From a virus (Duplodnaviria > Caudoviricetes): 54,722 nt of DNA. The notes under the pieces are model-generated. The model was not told where the DNA came from and ran no database searches. It saw only the letters and a list, made by a program, of their open reading frames with translations. A program made the position numbers and the translations under genes. The stretch spans positions 1 through 54,722 of the IMG/VR virus record IMGVR_UViG_3300017751_000022. The stretch is one strand, 5' to 3'. Positions 27,138 through 38,200 of this stretch are shown piece after piece (position 1 is the stretch's first letter; the number at the start of each line of letters is the position of its first letter).

Positions 27138-30100
27138 TATTGTTCCTTAGATGTAATAGTCATTTGCACATCTGCCGAAGCAGTTATATCTCCCGTAGGT
27201 ATTATCGGTTGTGCAGTAAACACATAAGCAGTATTATTATATAACCCTGATGTTAAAAATGCTCGATCATAACCAAAAATATTATCAAGATCAAACTTAA
27301 CAGATTCATTCTCTCCTACATAGAATGAATACAATTTTACTCCGTCAACTAACGGATTAGTTGTTTGTGTATCGTATGTAACTGCTGCTAATGGATCAAT
27401 AGACAAAAAGTTTGATGGCGAATTAGCAGATGATACACCTGGATCTGATCTTAGCGTTATATTTGATGTCGTACTAAAACTAGAATCGAGATCATGCCCT
27501 CTAAAGTTAGGCACATGTGTCGTTGATGATAATGCTCCTATCTCTTCAACAATAATATTATTTATTCGAGCGTTTGATTTCATTGCCACAAACATATATA
27601 ACGGTTGAGCATTAAATCTGAACACCTGTGAATAACTGAAATTCTTTCTATTATCAGTTCCTGTCAATTTATTATCATCTGTTAATGTAACAACTTTGCC
27701 TAATATTTTTCCTGTTCCATTATCAGGTACAGCGTCAATAGCAGCAGTGTTGCCTCCGCCAGAATCTTTCACATATGCGACATTTCTTGTTACGGTTTCT
27801 GATTGTGATTGTCCAGTCAGAATTACCTCTTGATTAGGCAACACTTCACTTGCAAACACATATCCGGTTGCAGTTTCTTGTTCGTTATACATCACGCCGA
27901 CTTCTGCAATATTTAAATATCCCGAAGTGATAGGAGGAACATTACCTGTTCTAAATATTATCCTGCGATCTGCATCAATATCACCCGGAATAACGCTATC
28001 TATTTGCTCAATTTCGTATGATATTGTTCTTACTTCACCTTGTATGCATGACAGCACGCCATTAGTTGCAATTTGCCCGTTAGATAGTCGTCTACTGAAT
28101 GGCAATTCCATTCCTCGAATACGATAATCCTGTTCTAATCGTGTACCATAAGGGGAATCAGATTCTGAGTTATCAGCGCCAGTCATCAAATTTGCAACGT
28201 GAGTAGAATTTGCCCACTCAACATGCAATTGATCGTCAACTTTAAATGGTCGCAACCCTGTTGTTGGTTCGATCGCAGGTTCATTTTCAGGATATACTCT
28301 AAACCCATTCTCATCACCAAAACGCAGATATCCTAAATTTGTACCTGTTGATGAATCAACGTGTGTGCTAGGAGCATCAGAAGTTACGCCAATTGCAAAA
28401 TCAGAAAAATACGATCCTCGTCTTAACGGATTCAAAAAATGAATCTTAAATTTACCTGATGAAATCGGGGTATCAGATGCAACAATACTTCTGTATCCTA
28501 CTGCCTTTGTTTCAAATACGTGTTGCTCTGCTTGCGCAGTTGTAAAATCAACTTCTGTTCCATCAGGTTTAATAACAAGATCATTGAGTTCGTTAATAAA
28601 CGATGAACCTGTAAACACATAACTATTTCTTCTTATTACATCTCCTTGAGCAGTCGATCCTGATGTCGTATCAATATCTTTGATATACATATTGTATAAC
28701 CCGTCACCAATTATTTTTACTTTTTGATCAAGGTATGTTAAAGAATCAGGTGAATCTGCAGTCAATGATATTTTAGTTTTTTCTTGAACAATATTAAATT
28801 TAATATCTTTTTCAAATGCACTACCTGAATATAAATCGACAGATTTAGAACCATGATGCCCATCAGGAGAAACTCTTATCTGTGAAATATCAATTCTAAC
28901 ATCGTTAGAAGAAAACGCATTCAGCGTCAAAGGATAGATCTTCTTATTATTCCTTATCCCATCATATGTCGCATCTAGTTGCTGTGAGTTAGGATCAGAA
29001 TTATTAATGCCGAATGAATTAAATATCTTTTCTTTAGGGTGAATGCCGACAATTGAACCAGTTGCAGGCAAAGTTGTTGATGCTGTAAATGTTTTAGTAT
29101 CACTTGTGACACTATTGATTGTCACAGTTCCTTCATCGCCACCATCAATATAGTAGGACGATCCGTACTTATAAACAAATGTCGGTTCAGTGAGATTTTT
29201 TGTAACTTTATTTTGTAACACATACCTAAATTTAAAATCGGCATTTTTTAAAGCAGGTTCATTTAATTGATTTTCGATAACAAGAGTATGCATTCTAACC
29301 CATCTACATTCACCGCTACCTATGGGAATATATGCATAGAATTTTGCGCCAATAGCACCATACCAAGAGTATTCAATCTTGTACATAGTAACATTTTCAA
29401 CATCAATACTGTATCCAGATTCACCTGTTCCATCCAAAGGATCGCCATTCCACTTTTCTCGAGGAATAGTTAATGTGTACATAGGTTGTGAATTGTCACG
29501 ACTCGGAGGGACTTCAGGTCCTGTTTGGTCGCTTTCTTTCATTCTATATCGCCCAGTAATGACTTCATTAGGAATCGCATTAACTGATCGGCGAACAATG
29601 TTTAACCTTGTACCTGATGCTTGGAACATATATTGATCTGTTTCGTTTGCTGCACCCCATTCAACTTTGTCTGCAGTAGATGCCCTGTTGTTTTTCAATC
29701 TTAATCCAAACGTAAATCCTGAAACACGACCAGGTTGATACCTGAATGATTTTTTACTCTCAAGAACACCTATCGATTCATTCTGATCAGTTCCTCCTGG
29801 TCGACTTACATCAGGACTACACCATGCACGAATATTGCTGTATTGACCTACACCCGGAATCGGGAATGCAGAATACCCTTCATATTTGAAATCATACGAA
29901 GTTCCATTATACAAGTAAGGTGGGTAAGTGTCAATGTCATTTTGTATTCTATAATAAAATAATTGCCATTTTTCAATTTGATCCATTGAAAATTGTGAAC
30001 TATCGTTTGTTTCAGATCCGTAAACAACTGTTCGCCATAACGCTATACTCTTAAATCCGCCGCCGAGTTTTGCACTGTCCCACACATTAAAAGGAGAAGA

Positions 30101-30796
30101 TGAACTCGGCGCAAAGGTAATCGGAATAGGGTTTCTTTGTCGATCTTGAAATGTTAGGCAATCAGAAATGAAATTGTTGTCAGCAAATACACGATCAACA
30201 TCTTTCCATACTTCATACAACCATCTACCCAAAGCAAGAAACTTTAAATATTTTCCGAAATTGTCACTATAATCGGGTTGATTGTCTAGGTTTCTTCTGG
30301 GATGTCCTGGCCACCCATATTGAACAGGAAAGGATTTTAGGTAAAGTGCTTGCTCGTCTGTTCCTTCATAAAATCGAACATCACCTCTGTTGCCGAATAC
30401 AGGGTGCGCTCTATTATACCATTGATACGGATAACCTTGTGATCCAACTATGTAGTAATTCCAATTCGATCTGTCTAACCCATATGTCGATACATCAGAA
30501 AACAAACTTAGTTGTTCTTCTGCACGAGTGACACCTAACAGTGTTGAACTAACTTCTGATTCAGTTGGGAATTGTTCTTCTATCGGAATTGCTTCATTTG
30601 ATTTAGCATTTGCGATAAAACTCGACAACGCTTGATCAGCAGTTACAAACTCTGATAATTGTGCGCCTTCTTCTGTTACAAGTGGTTTACCCGCCTGGTC
30701 AACAAGCGGGGTACCAAATATATCTACTAATTGTTGAAATTGTTTGACTTTAGGTGATGCTACCTTATCAAATCCAATTTTTACCTGTCTTGGCAT
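27137..30796 (-). CDS. Large virion protein, RYQPGR family, paralogue B (1219 aa)
   Basis: Long ORF coupled to its neighbours; shares several motifs with the 1475-aa gene (FRYQPGRVS, SWYGA.GA, YYIDGGD.GTV). Confidence 0.62.
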   Translation of the reverse strand: MPRQVKIGFDKVASPKVKQFQQLVDIFGTPLVDQAGKPLVTEEGAQLSEFVTADQALSSFIANAKSNEAIPIEEQFPTESEVSSTLLGVTRAEEQLSLFSDVSTYGLDRSNWNYYIVGSQGYPYQWYNRAHPVFGNRGDVRFYEGTDEQALYLKSFPVQYGWPGHPRRNLDNQPDYSDNFGKYLKFLALGRWLYEVWKDVDRVFADNNFISDCLTFQDRQRNPIPITFAPSSSSPFNVWDSAKLGGGFKSIALWRTVVYGSETNDSSQFSMDQIEKWQLFYYRIQNDIDTYPPYLYNGTSYDFKYEGYSAFPIPGVGQYSNIRAWCSPDVSRPGGTDQNESIGVLESKKSFRYQPGRVSGFTFGLRLKNNRASTADKVEWGAANETDQYMFQASGTRLNIVRRSVNAIPNEVITGRYRMKESDQTGPEVPPSRDNSQPMYTLTIPREKWNGDPLDGTGESGYSIDVENVTMYKIEYSWYGAIGAKFYAYIPIGSGECRWVRMHTLVIENQLNEPALKNADFKFRYVLQNKVTKNLTEPTFVYKYGSSYYIDGGDEGTVTINSVTSDTKTFTASTTLPATGSIVGIHPKEKIFNSFGINNSDPNSQQLDATYDGIRNNKKIYPLTLNAFSSNDVRIDISQIRVSPDGHHGSKSVDLYSGSAFEKDIKFNIVQEKTKISLTADSPDSLTYLDQKVKIIGDGLYNMYIKDIDTTSGSTAQGDVIRRNSYVFTGSSFINELNDLVIKPDGTEVDFTTAQAEQHVFETKAVGYRSIVASDTPISSGKFKIHFLNPLRRGSYFSDFAIGVTSDAPSTHVDSSTGTNLGYLRFGDENGFRVYPENEPAIEPTTGLRPFKVDDQLHVEWANSTHVANLMTGADNSESDSPYGTRLEQDYRIRGMELPFSRRLSNGQIATNGVLSCIQGEVRTISYEIEQIDSVIPGDIDADRRIIFRTGNVPPITSGYLNIAEVGVMYNEQETATGYVFASEVLPNQEVILTGQSQSETVTRNVAYVKDSGGGNTAAIDAVPDNGTGKILGKVVTLTDDNKLTGTDNRKNFSYSQVFRFNAQPLYMFVAMKSNARINNIIVEEIGALSSTTHVPNFRGHDLDSSFSTTSNITLRSDPGVSSANSPSNFLSIDPLAAVTYDTQTTNPLVDGVKLYSFYVGENESVKFDLDNIFGYDRAFLTSGLYNNTAYVFTAQPIIPTGDITASADVQMTITSKEQ
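29724..29746. repeat. 23-bp exact repeat acacgaccaggttgatacctgaa, copy 1 (copy 2 at 34827-34849)
   Basis: Identical DNA encoding the FRYQPGRV motif in both paralogues. Confidence 0.8.
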
Positions 30797-33700
30797 TTAC
30801 TGTTCTTCCCATGTCAATCCTATTGCTATGTCATTTGTTGTGTCGCCGACTTTTTTATCAGAGTCTATCGCAAAGTATAACGTCTCTGGTACATCAGTTA
30901 ATGGGTAAGATAAATACTCTTTGTTGTAATCAAAATACGTATTCAAATCAACTTGCTCAGTACCTTTATTCATGTACAGTGTTGCAATGTTTGTTCCAGT
31001 ATTCGGAATAGGTGTAACAACATTACTTACAACATTTATAGAAGTTAGTGTATCTGCCAAAGGTTGAATTGCTGCAGTTTCAACGCTTGATTGTGTGACT
31101 GTAGCGTTTCCACCTGTGCCAGCAGTAAAGAATCGCTTATCAGGCAAAAACGCACCGCTTACATTTAACGTAACTGCTTCGTTATATGATTCTAATACTT
31201 CAAAGTAATATAAGCCTGATTTCTTATATAGCCTTCCAAATATTGTTTCATCGTTGACTTCACCGACTTTACCTTGGAACCATCCATAAATAGATTCGCT
31301 ATTTTGAATATATCCAGCATTGCTTATAGACAAAGCATTGTTTGCTGCTGTAACAGCGTATTCTGCTGTCAATGTTAATGTGCCAGTAGGTGTCACGAGA
31401 GTCTGGAAAATTGGCGTTCTTTTCATACGCAACCTAACAGGATCATCGTTTATATTTGATGTTGACATCTTTGTAGGATAAACTTGAACACGGTTACGAA
31501 CGGGATTACCTTCTTCCGTACTGTAAATAACATCTTTCGTTTCAAGACCGTATACTGTATTTGCACGATCAGGAATCAATGTTATGCCTTGACCTTGAGG
31601 TTGTTTGCTTAAAGTTATAACTTTAGTCGTGTTGTCCACCCAAACTACCTTGATACCTGTATCTGATGCAAGAGTTGTCTTAACCTCTGCACCCATAAAG
31701 TATACTAAATCAGGCAATGTCTCGCTATCGGTTGTTGCGGTTATACCTAAAGCAGTAAGATCAATTGTCGTATCAGTATGATTATAAAGAGTTGACAACT
31801 CCCATTTTTTACCATAACTTGTAACAACATCGTTATTGTTGTGGCTGTATAGGCGAACAGTACCACGGTCACCACCATCGATATAGTATGAAGCACCATA
31901 TTTTACAATGTGGTGACTGTTTGTTCCGTATGTTTGATCTTGTTGCTCATTGTCACCTAAAGTAAGATCTGAGCCGCCGCCCCATATGTTGTATGTGATC
32001 GGCAATGTTGCGTTACCAAGAGATGCAATCTTCAACTGATTCGATGCTCTTAGGTGATGTACTCGTACCCATCGTGCTTCACCGTTACCGATTGGAACAT
32101 AAGCAAGGAACAATGCACCTACCGCACCATACCACGAGAACTCAACTTTAAGCATCGTTACTTTTGTAAAATCAAATTCATATTCTGATGTAGCATCAAC
32201 ATTCAATCCGTTTTCGTCTAGCACATCCATACCTGGTCGTACAATTCCTGTAGGACCTGACGCCAAATCACTATAAACTCTTCTAGATGTTTTTCCGTCT
32301 AGTTTATCATGACTGAATCGTGAACGAGGCACACGATACTCGTAAACACCCCAAAATTCTGGTTTAACATTATTTTTAATCCAGTTTATGTATGCTGGTT
32401 CAAATATAACTGTGTCATATTGTTTTCTGATAGTGTCAATTGTACCATCTGATAGCGGGTTTTCACTTGTGTCGATATATCCTATGTACTTTGCAATTGT
32501 ATCATCTAGATCACCTGTTGATGAATAACGTAATGGCCATTGCATACCTGTCGGGAACGTATCGTTACTTGCACTAAATACAGTTTGTTCATCAGATGTT
32601 CCCACATAATTTTGTATTGTTCCAGACGCCCGACCATTCGCACCAGGAGATTGTCTATAATATGCAGGATTATAAACTTGATCACCTATAAATGGAACAA
32701 CTGTTTCAACATAAATTTCATCGCTGACAAGATGATCAGTTATATCAGAAGGTGTAGTAACTCCATCCGTATCTTCGGCATATGCATAAATGTCAACACC
32801 ATCTTCGTCTTGTAGAGAGAACTCTGACCCCGTAGGACCGTAAACTCTGCTTACAGTAAATATTTGACCATACTTTTGTGGTTTTAGTTTAAAGTTAGCA
32901 GGGTTTGTTTGATCAGGGTCTTGATTCAGATTATTTGTTGCGCCAAACGGCTTATATTGAATGCCGTCAGGAACTAAAAATTCTGCAGATGCGTTAGTCA
33001 CAACTTTGACTTTTTGACCAAAAGTCACAGAACCTTTTGTTAATTTGAATACCGTAGGTTGAGTTGTGTCAAATGGTGCTGAGACATGTGTTCTTATTTG
33101 CTCAATATCTTTTAATAAACTCGGGTCATTTACTGCGGCATGAACCATTAATAATCCATCACGGAAAGCAATAATGTTACCTGCAAATCCTCTATCGCCT
33201 AATTCAGCGCCTGCAGTTGTTTCTGTGCTGAAGTTGCCTATGACTATTCTTGCCAAGTCGTCTACTTTGTCTCTAGTTGAAGTTGATCCTACAGAGATAT
33301 TAGCATCTGTTAAGTCATCGTAAATTAACTTGAATAGATGTTTGTGCTTTTTAATTTCTCTTGGAAGCGCAACTAATTCTTGATTAACTGTCGATTCATC
33401 AACCTGAGTAAAGATAGATAATCCATCTGCTTTGTAATACATTGATGCATTATATAAAGTTTCTGAGTTACCTCCACCTGAAACATCATTTCTATACCCT
33501 GTAATAATATACTCAAGATCTCGAGCACATTTGTACTTAATATTTCTATAGAATTCATTTACAGCGAGTGCATCACTAGCGGTAATCAATGTAAATGTAT
33601 TTCCTACGGCACCTACAGTGTCACCTACTGCCCAAGGATAATCTGAGCCATTTAACTCTTTGCCAATCAAATTTGCATTGTAATCTGACGGTAAAAAGTT

Positions 33701-35224
33701 TGCTGCCGCTCTAAATGTGTATGTTTGATAGGTTCCGCCGGCATAAATATTGTCGGTGTCTATAAAATCAGACGCCCCTAATCCTTCATCGATACCTGTT
33801 GGGTTAAACTGAGATACATAGTATGACCAGAAATGTTTTCTGGAATCAAACAACACATCATGTTTTTTCTTAGAACCCCAAGTTATGCCTGAAGTATAAT
33901 TATCAAAAATGCTTTGCGCAACTGTCCAACTCGCACCCGTTAAGTCGTTTGTGCCGCCAGTAGCACCAGCACTATTCTTAATACATGTAAAGAATCCATC
34001 AGTGCCTGGAGTGTTGCCAGTTGTTCCGGCAATCAAAACACTATACAAGTCATTATTTAATTTATTTTTAACGCCAGCAGTTAGCGCAGATAAGTTTGAA
34101 TCTTGTGTGACGCTATGCGCACCAGTTATCAATCCGTTTGCTTGTTTGTGCAAGTCATACTCAAACTGTGCAGGTGCTACAGGATCGCCGCCAGTCGGGA
34201 ATATTTGCGGGAATACGCCTGTATAATAATTTTTAATATTGATTCTTGTATGTGCATCACCGCCCCATTCGAGATCCATTAACATCATTTTAAGAGCAAA
34301 ACCTACGTCACGATGACATTTTCCTTTAAATTCGTATCTCTTGTAATCTGTATTTAAACCTTCATTCTGATCATTGTTACCAGCGTTATTTGAATTGTAA
34401 TAATAATCAGCGAAGTCGTTATTGCCGCCATTGGCACCCAATAGATTATCAAATGCTGTTTTTGCAATATGAATAATATGTTCGCTCAACAATTCTCTGT
34501 CACGAGTATACAGCGTACCCTTTTCTTGTTTACCCTCTTTACCAACAACACGATAATCATCAGTTTGATTGTAAGGTATGGGAGTATCTTCACCTGTCGA
34601 TGAAGGTTTACGTAAATTTTCAACAGTCAAACCAAATGGTGATGACGGAAACTTCAATAACGATTGTGTTCTGCGAATTACGTTAAAGTTATCACCTTCA
34701 CCTGATTGTTTTGTTTCCCAATAATATCCATCGAAGTTGTCGAAGATACCATACTTTCTGATTACGGGATTTTTGGCAAAATCACTTCCTGATACAGTAC
34801 ACTTGATACCAAATGTTGCAGCAGATACACGACCAGGTTGATACCTGAAGAAACGCTTTGATGTTAATACAGCTGATTGATCACGAGGTGCTTCAACAAG
34901 CGCACCCGCTTCATTAGGCAAATGTTTAATGCCAAATCCTGTATTGTAATATTGAGGACTTGATGACCACTCTGATGGGTTCACATCATATGTATTAACG
35001 TCTGCAAAGATACCTAAAGCAACTTCAGAACGTGGTATACCCAGTAATGACAAGGAAACTTCTGATTGCACCTTGTTTTGCTCAACAACCGGAACAGCAG
35101 TTTGGTCGCTTGCAAGTACAACAGGTATCGATTTAGATGCCGGTTGTTGACCTGGAGCAACTGGGGTTGTTCTACCTACATTAACTACCCGAGTGTTATT
35201 GTTAATATTTGTTAAGCTAGACAT
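30797..35224 (-). CDS. Large virion protein, RYQPGR family, paralogue A, with two C-x-R-D helical repeats (1475 aa)
   Basis: SIPVVLASDQ N-terminus, FRYQPGRVS, KCHRD and KCARD repeats, C-terminal LTWEEQ. Confidence 0.62.
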   Translation of the reverse strand: MSSLTNINNNTRVVNVGRTTPVAPGQQPASKSIPVVLASDQTAVPVVEQNKVQSEVSLSLLGIPRSEVALGIFADVNTYDVNPSEWSSSPQYYNTGFGIKHLPNEAGALVEAPRDQSAVLTSKRFFRYQPGRVSAATFGIKCTVSGSDFAKNPVIRKYGIFDNFDGYYWETKQSGEGDNFNVIRRTQSLLKFPSSPFGLTVENLRKPSSTGEDTPIPYNQTDDYRVVGKEGKQEKGTLYTRDRELLSEHIIHIAKTAFDNLLGANGGNNDFADYYYNSNNAGNNDQNEGLNTDYKRYEFKGKCHRDVGFALKMMLMDLEWGGDAHTRINIKNYYTGVFPQIFPTGGDPVAPAQFEYDLHKQANGLITGAHSVTQDSNLSALTAGVKNKLNNDLYSVLIAGTTGNTPGTDGFFTCIKNSAGATGGTNDLTGASWTVAQSIFDNYTSGITWGSKKKHDVLFDSRKHFWSYYVSQFNPTGIDEGLGASDFIDTDNIYAGGTYQTYTFRAAANFLPSDYNANLIGKELNGSDYPWAVGDTVGAVGNTFTLITASDALAVNEFYRNIKYKCARDLEYIITGYRNDVSGGGNSETLYNASMYYKADGLSIFTQVDESTVNQELVALPREIKKHKHLFKLIYDDLTDANISVGSTSTRDKVDDLARIVIGNFSTETTAGAELGDRGFAGNIIAFRDGLLMVHAAVNDPSLLKDIEQIRTHVSAPFDTTQPTVFKLTKGSVTFGQKVKVVTNASAEFLVPDGIQYKPFGATNNLNQDPDQTNPANFKLKPQKYGQIFTVSRVYGPTGSEFSLQDEDGVDIYAYAEDTDGVTTPSDITDHLVSDEIYVETVVPFIGDQVYNPAYYRQSPGANGRASGTIQNYVGTSDEQTVFSASNDTFPTGMQWPLRYSSTGDLDDTIAKYIGYIDTSENPLSDGTIDTIRKQYDTVIFEPAYINWIKNNVKPEFWGVYEYRVPRSRFSHDKLDGKTSRRVYSDLASGPTGIVRPGMDVLDENGLNVDATSEYEFDFTKVTMLKVEFSWYGAVGALFLAYVPIGNGEARWVRVHHLRASNQLKIASLGNATLPITYNIWGGGSDLTLGDNEQQDQTYGTNSHHIVKYGASYYIDGGDRGTVRLYSHNNNDVVTSYGKKWELSTLYNHTDTTIDLTALGITATTDSETLPDLVYFMGAEVKTTLASDTGIKVVWVDNTTKVITLSKQPQGQGITLIPDRANTVYGLETKDVIYSTEEGNPVRNRVQVYPTKMSTSNINDDPVRLRMKRTPIFQTLVTPTGTLTLTAEYAVTAANNALSISNAGYIQNSESIYGWFQGKVGEVNDETIFGRLYKKSGLYYFEVLESYNEAVTLNVSGAFLPDKRFFTAGTGGNATVTQSSVETAAIQPLADTLTSINVVSNVVTPIPNTGTNIATLYMNKGTEQVDLNTYFDYNKEYLSYPLTDVPETLYFAIDSDKKVGDTTNDIAIGLTWEEQ
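34827..34849. repeat. 23-bp exact repeat, copy 2
   Basis: Identical to 29724-29746. Confidence 0.8.
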
Positions 35225-35227
35225 AAG

Positions 35228-38200
35228 TTATTTAATCCTTCCTGTTGCGATTACGAACACATCTTCAACCTCTAATGTTCCGCCCACACCTGGGATCGCT
35301 GTGTTATTGTTCAGATTGGCATCTTGCCATTTAATTACTACTGTAACAGTTGTTGCATCAACTTGTGTTATTGATTTAATGACACCATATGAGGCCGCTA
35401 CGCCGCCTGATGCTACAAATTCTAAGTGAGGAGTGCTACCTGCAGCTGCTGGCCTTACTTTTAATCCTACAGATAAGTATTTATAGTCTTTTACTTTAAC
35501 GGTATAATCAGCATATGTTAAACCATCACCTGGGTCAACATATTGATTAGACCAGGTTGCTTGTTGTCCTGCCGCTGCTGTGTTTTGTATGATACCGGCA
35601 GGTGATAACCATTGTGTTATTGATGCTGACCACCCAAGTCCTACATGATTTTTATTACTTAGTGTCGAAGCAGGCACACCATTTCCGTCTAGGTGATAGA
35701 TAGTGTTTGTTCCTGCGCCTGCCGCATCCGCCGCTTTTAAATAATTATAACTATAAATCCCGCCGACATCTTTTATCTTATCGATACTTGAAGGTGGTAT
35801 TGCAAACTGGAATCCGCCTTCAGTAGAAGGATTATCTGAGCTGTAATATGATCCCATGTTTATATATGCACTTCTTTCAATTTTATGTGTGCCTGCAGTC
35901 GTTGATACTGCTAATGTCACCTTACCGCTTGCCGAATTATTTATTGCGTTTGTCTGTGAAGTATATAACGTAATTTCAGTATCACTATTAGGATATACGA
36001 AATATTGAACAGCAGGATCTAAACTTGAATATGCTGTATCTGTAGTCGTGTATTTGACAGGATCACCTGCTGTGAAACCATGTGATGCAACTGTTGCAGG
36101 CAAATTAAAAGTTATCGTCTTATTACCTGCATCAATTTGTGTTGAATCACCAGGATTAAATGTCATCTTAATATCATCAACAGGAGGATTTGTTGAGTAG
36201 TTTGTATGCGGCGCAATTAAGTCATGTAACCAAATTGACTCTTGCCCCTCTGCATCTTTTTCTACAGCAAATAATCTGTATCTTAATTCTGACCCCGACA
36301 AGTCATATACTTCACCATTCTCTTGATACTTGAACGGTCCTGACTGATATGTTTGTCCAGGTGAAATCGCTGAAGATGAAATTGACGGCCCATACAAATC
36401 AACATTGATTGAATCATATTCTGAATTGTACGCATCAGGATTAGGTAAAAATTCTCCACCAGGTCCTGTCAATACGTTCGGTGAGGTCACCATAAATCGT
36501 GAACCGAAAACTAACAAACCTGATCCGCAACCTGAAATGATATTACCTTCAATGACACCTTTATCTGTTATAGAAACATCAAGCGCATCTGTAAAGTTTT
36601 CAAATCTGTTTGATGCAATAAATGAATTCGTTCCGCCATCAGCGATAAGTGGAGAGAAAACGTGTCGATCTGTTACACCCGAATCAGCAACTTCGCAAGA
36701 AGTGATTCGCAAATTTCCTGCGCCTGTTGCGTACACACCACCGCCTATCGGTGAATGTAATCTTATTTTGTCCATCAATACTTTGTCAGACAATGCGCCA
36801 AAATTAAACGTATAATTCAATCCTGAATCTGCAGCATCATCAAACATAATCTGATTACATGCGTTTCCGTCAATATCAAAACCAACAAAACTTGTATTAC
36901 TTAGTCGTCCGCCAGTGACTGCTATCATGCCGCCTGATGATCCCCCTTGAGCATATCCTGACCAAGGCAGTTTAGTAAGTTTTGTACTATAAGGAAATCC
37001 ATTTACGCTGAAATTACTAGGTACTTCGATTTCACTAATTATATAATTTTTCGGATTTAATTGTATTGCTTTTCGCCCAGTTGATGAGTTAGTGCTAATA
37101 GCATTCCTGATCGATTGCGTATTATCGTGTGAAATCCAAACCCCTGCTTGTGAACCAGTTTTTGCGACAACAGCATTGTCGAGTTTAATTCGAATAAACT
37201 CACTTGTTGCAGGATTAAGAGGATCTTGATAAACAACATCTTCAATCTGTCTATCAACCCAACCTAAACCATAAACAGAAGGTTTGATTTGCGGTTTGAA
37301 GTGAACAGTGTTTGTAGCATTATATGAGTTATCACCTTGTAACTTTTTAGAGTAATCTAAAATATCATCAGTATGATAATCAATGAAACTATTACCTTGA
37401 AGATCTTTGGGTCCTAAAACAGCAATAAGTTTCGCTGCACCTTGCACATCAGGATCCGTGCTGTTAATTTGACCCACACTTCTATACACAAGAATGCCTT
37501 TACCTGGACTAGGACCATTTTCATTGGCACCAGTTACAGAGTTTGTGTGTGTAAAGTTTAACTTAACAAAGTTTTCAACGCCAAAGTCCTTAAGTATTCT
37601 TTCATTATCAATAACCAAATAATTTTTGATCTCTTCATTATCTGTAACAGATGAAGGATGGCTCACATTAACATTAATGCCGCTAGGATTCATAGGTGTA
37701 ATGTGTCCATTTAGCATGTCCCATTCAGCAGTATAGTATGTTATTGGCTGATAAGGTATACTTCCTGTAGGCGCTTTAATAGGTGTTAAGAATTGATCTC
37801 CCGTTCCGCCTGTCCCTAAAGCTATGAATTGATCAGAGTTTGCATTATCAGCATTTGTTGCTAGTTGCAGTTGTGAAGCTTCTCCATCAACAAGTCCTAC
37901 GTAATATGTTGCACCATCAACTAATCCAGGCACAACAGTATTGCTCGAACCGTTTCTGCTATATATTACAGGATCGCCATCTAATAAACCATGTGCAACA
38001 GGAGCCCCATTACCATCTACTATTTCTATAATACTGTTGTCTGCGATTGTAGCACTTACAGCACTGAATGATTTTGATAATTGCGTATTTGTGGCGTCTA
38101 CGAAACCAAACACTTGACCTATAGTGACCAAACTATTTTCAATAGTAATATTATCATCATTTGTTTCAGCATTATAAATTCTAACAACTTGCCCTTTTTG

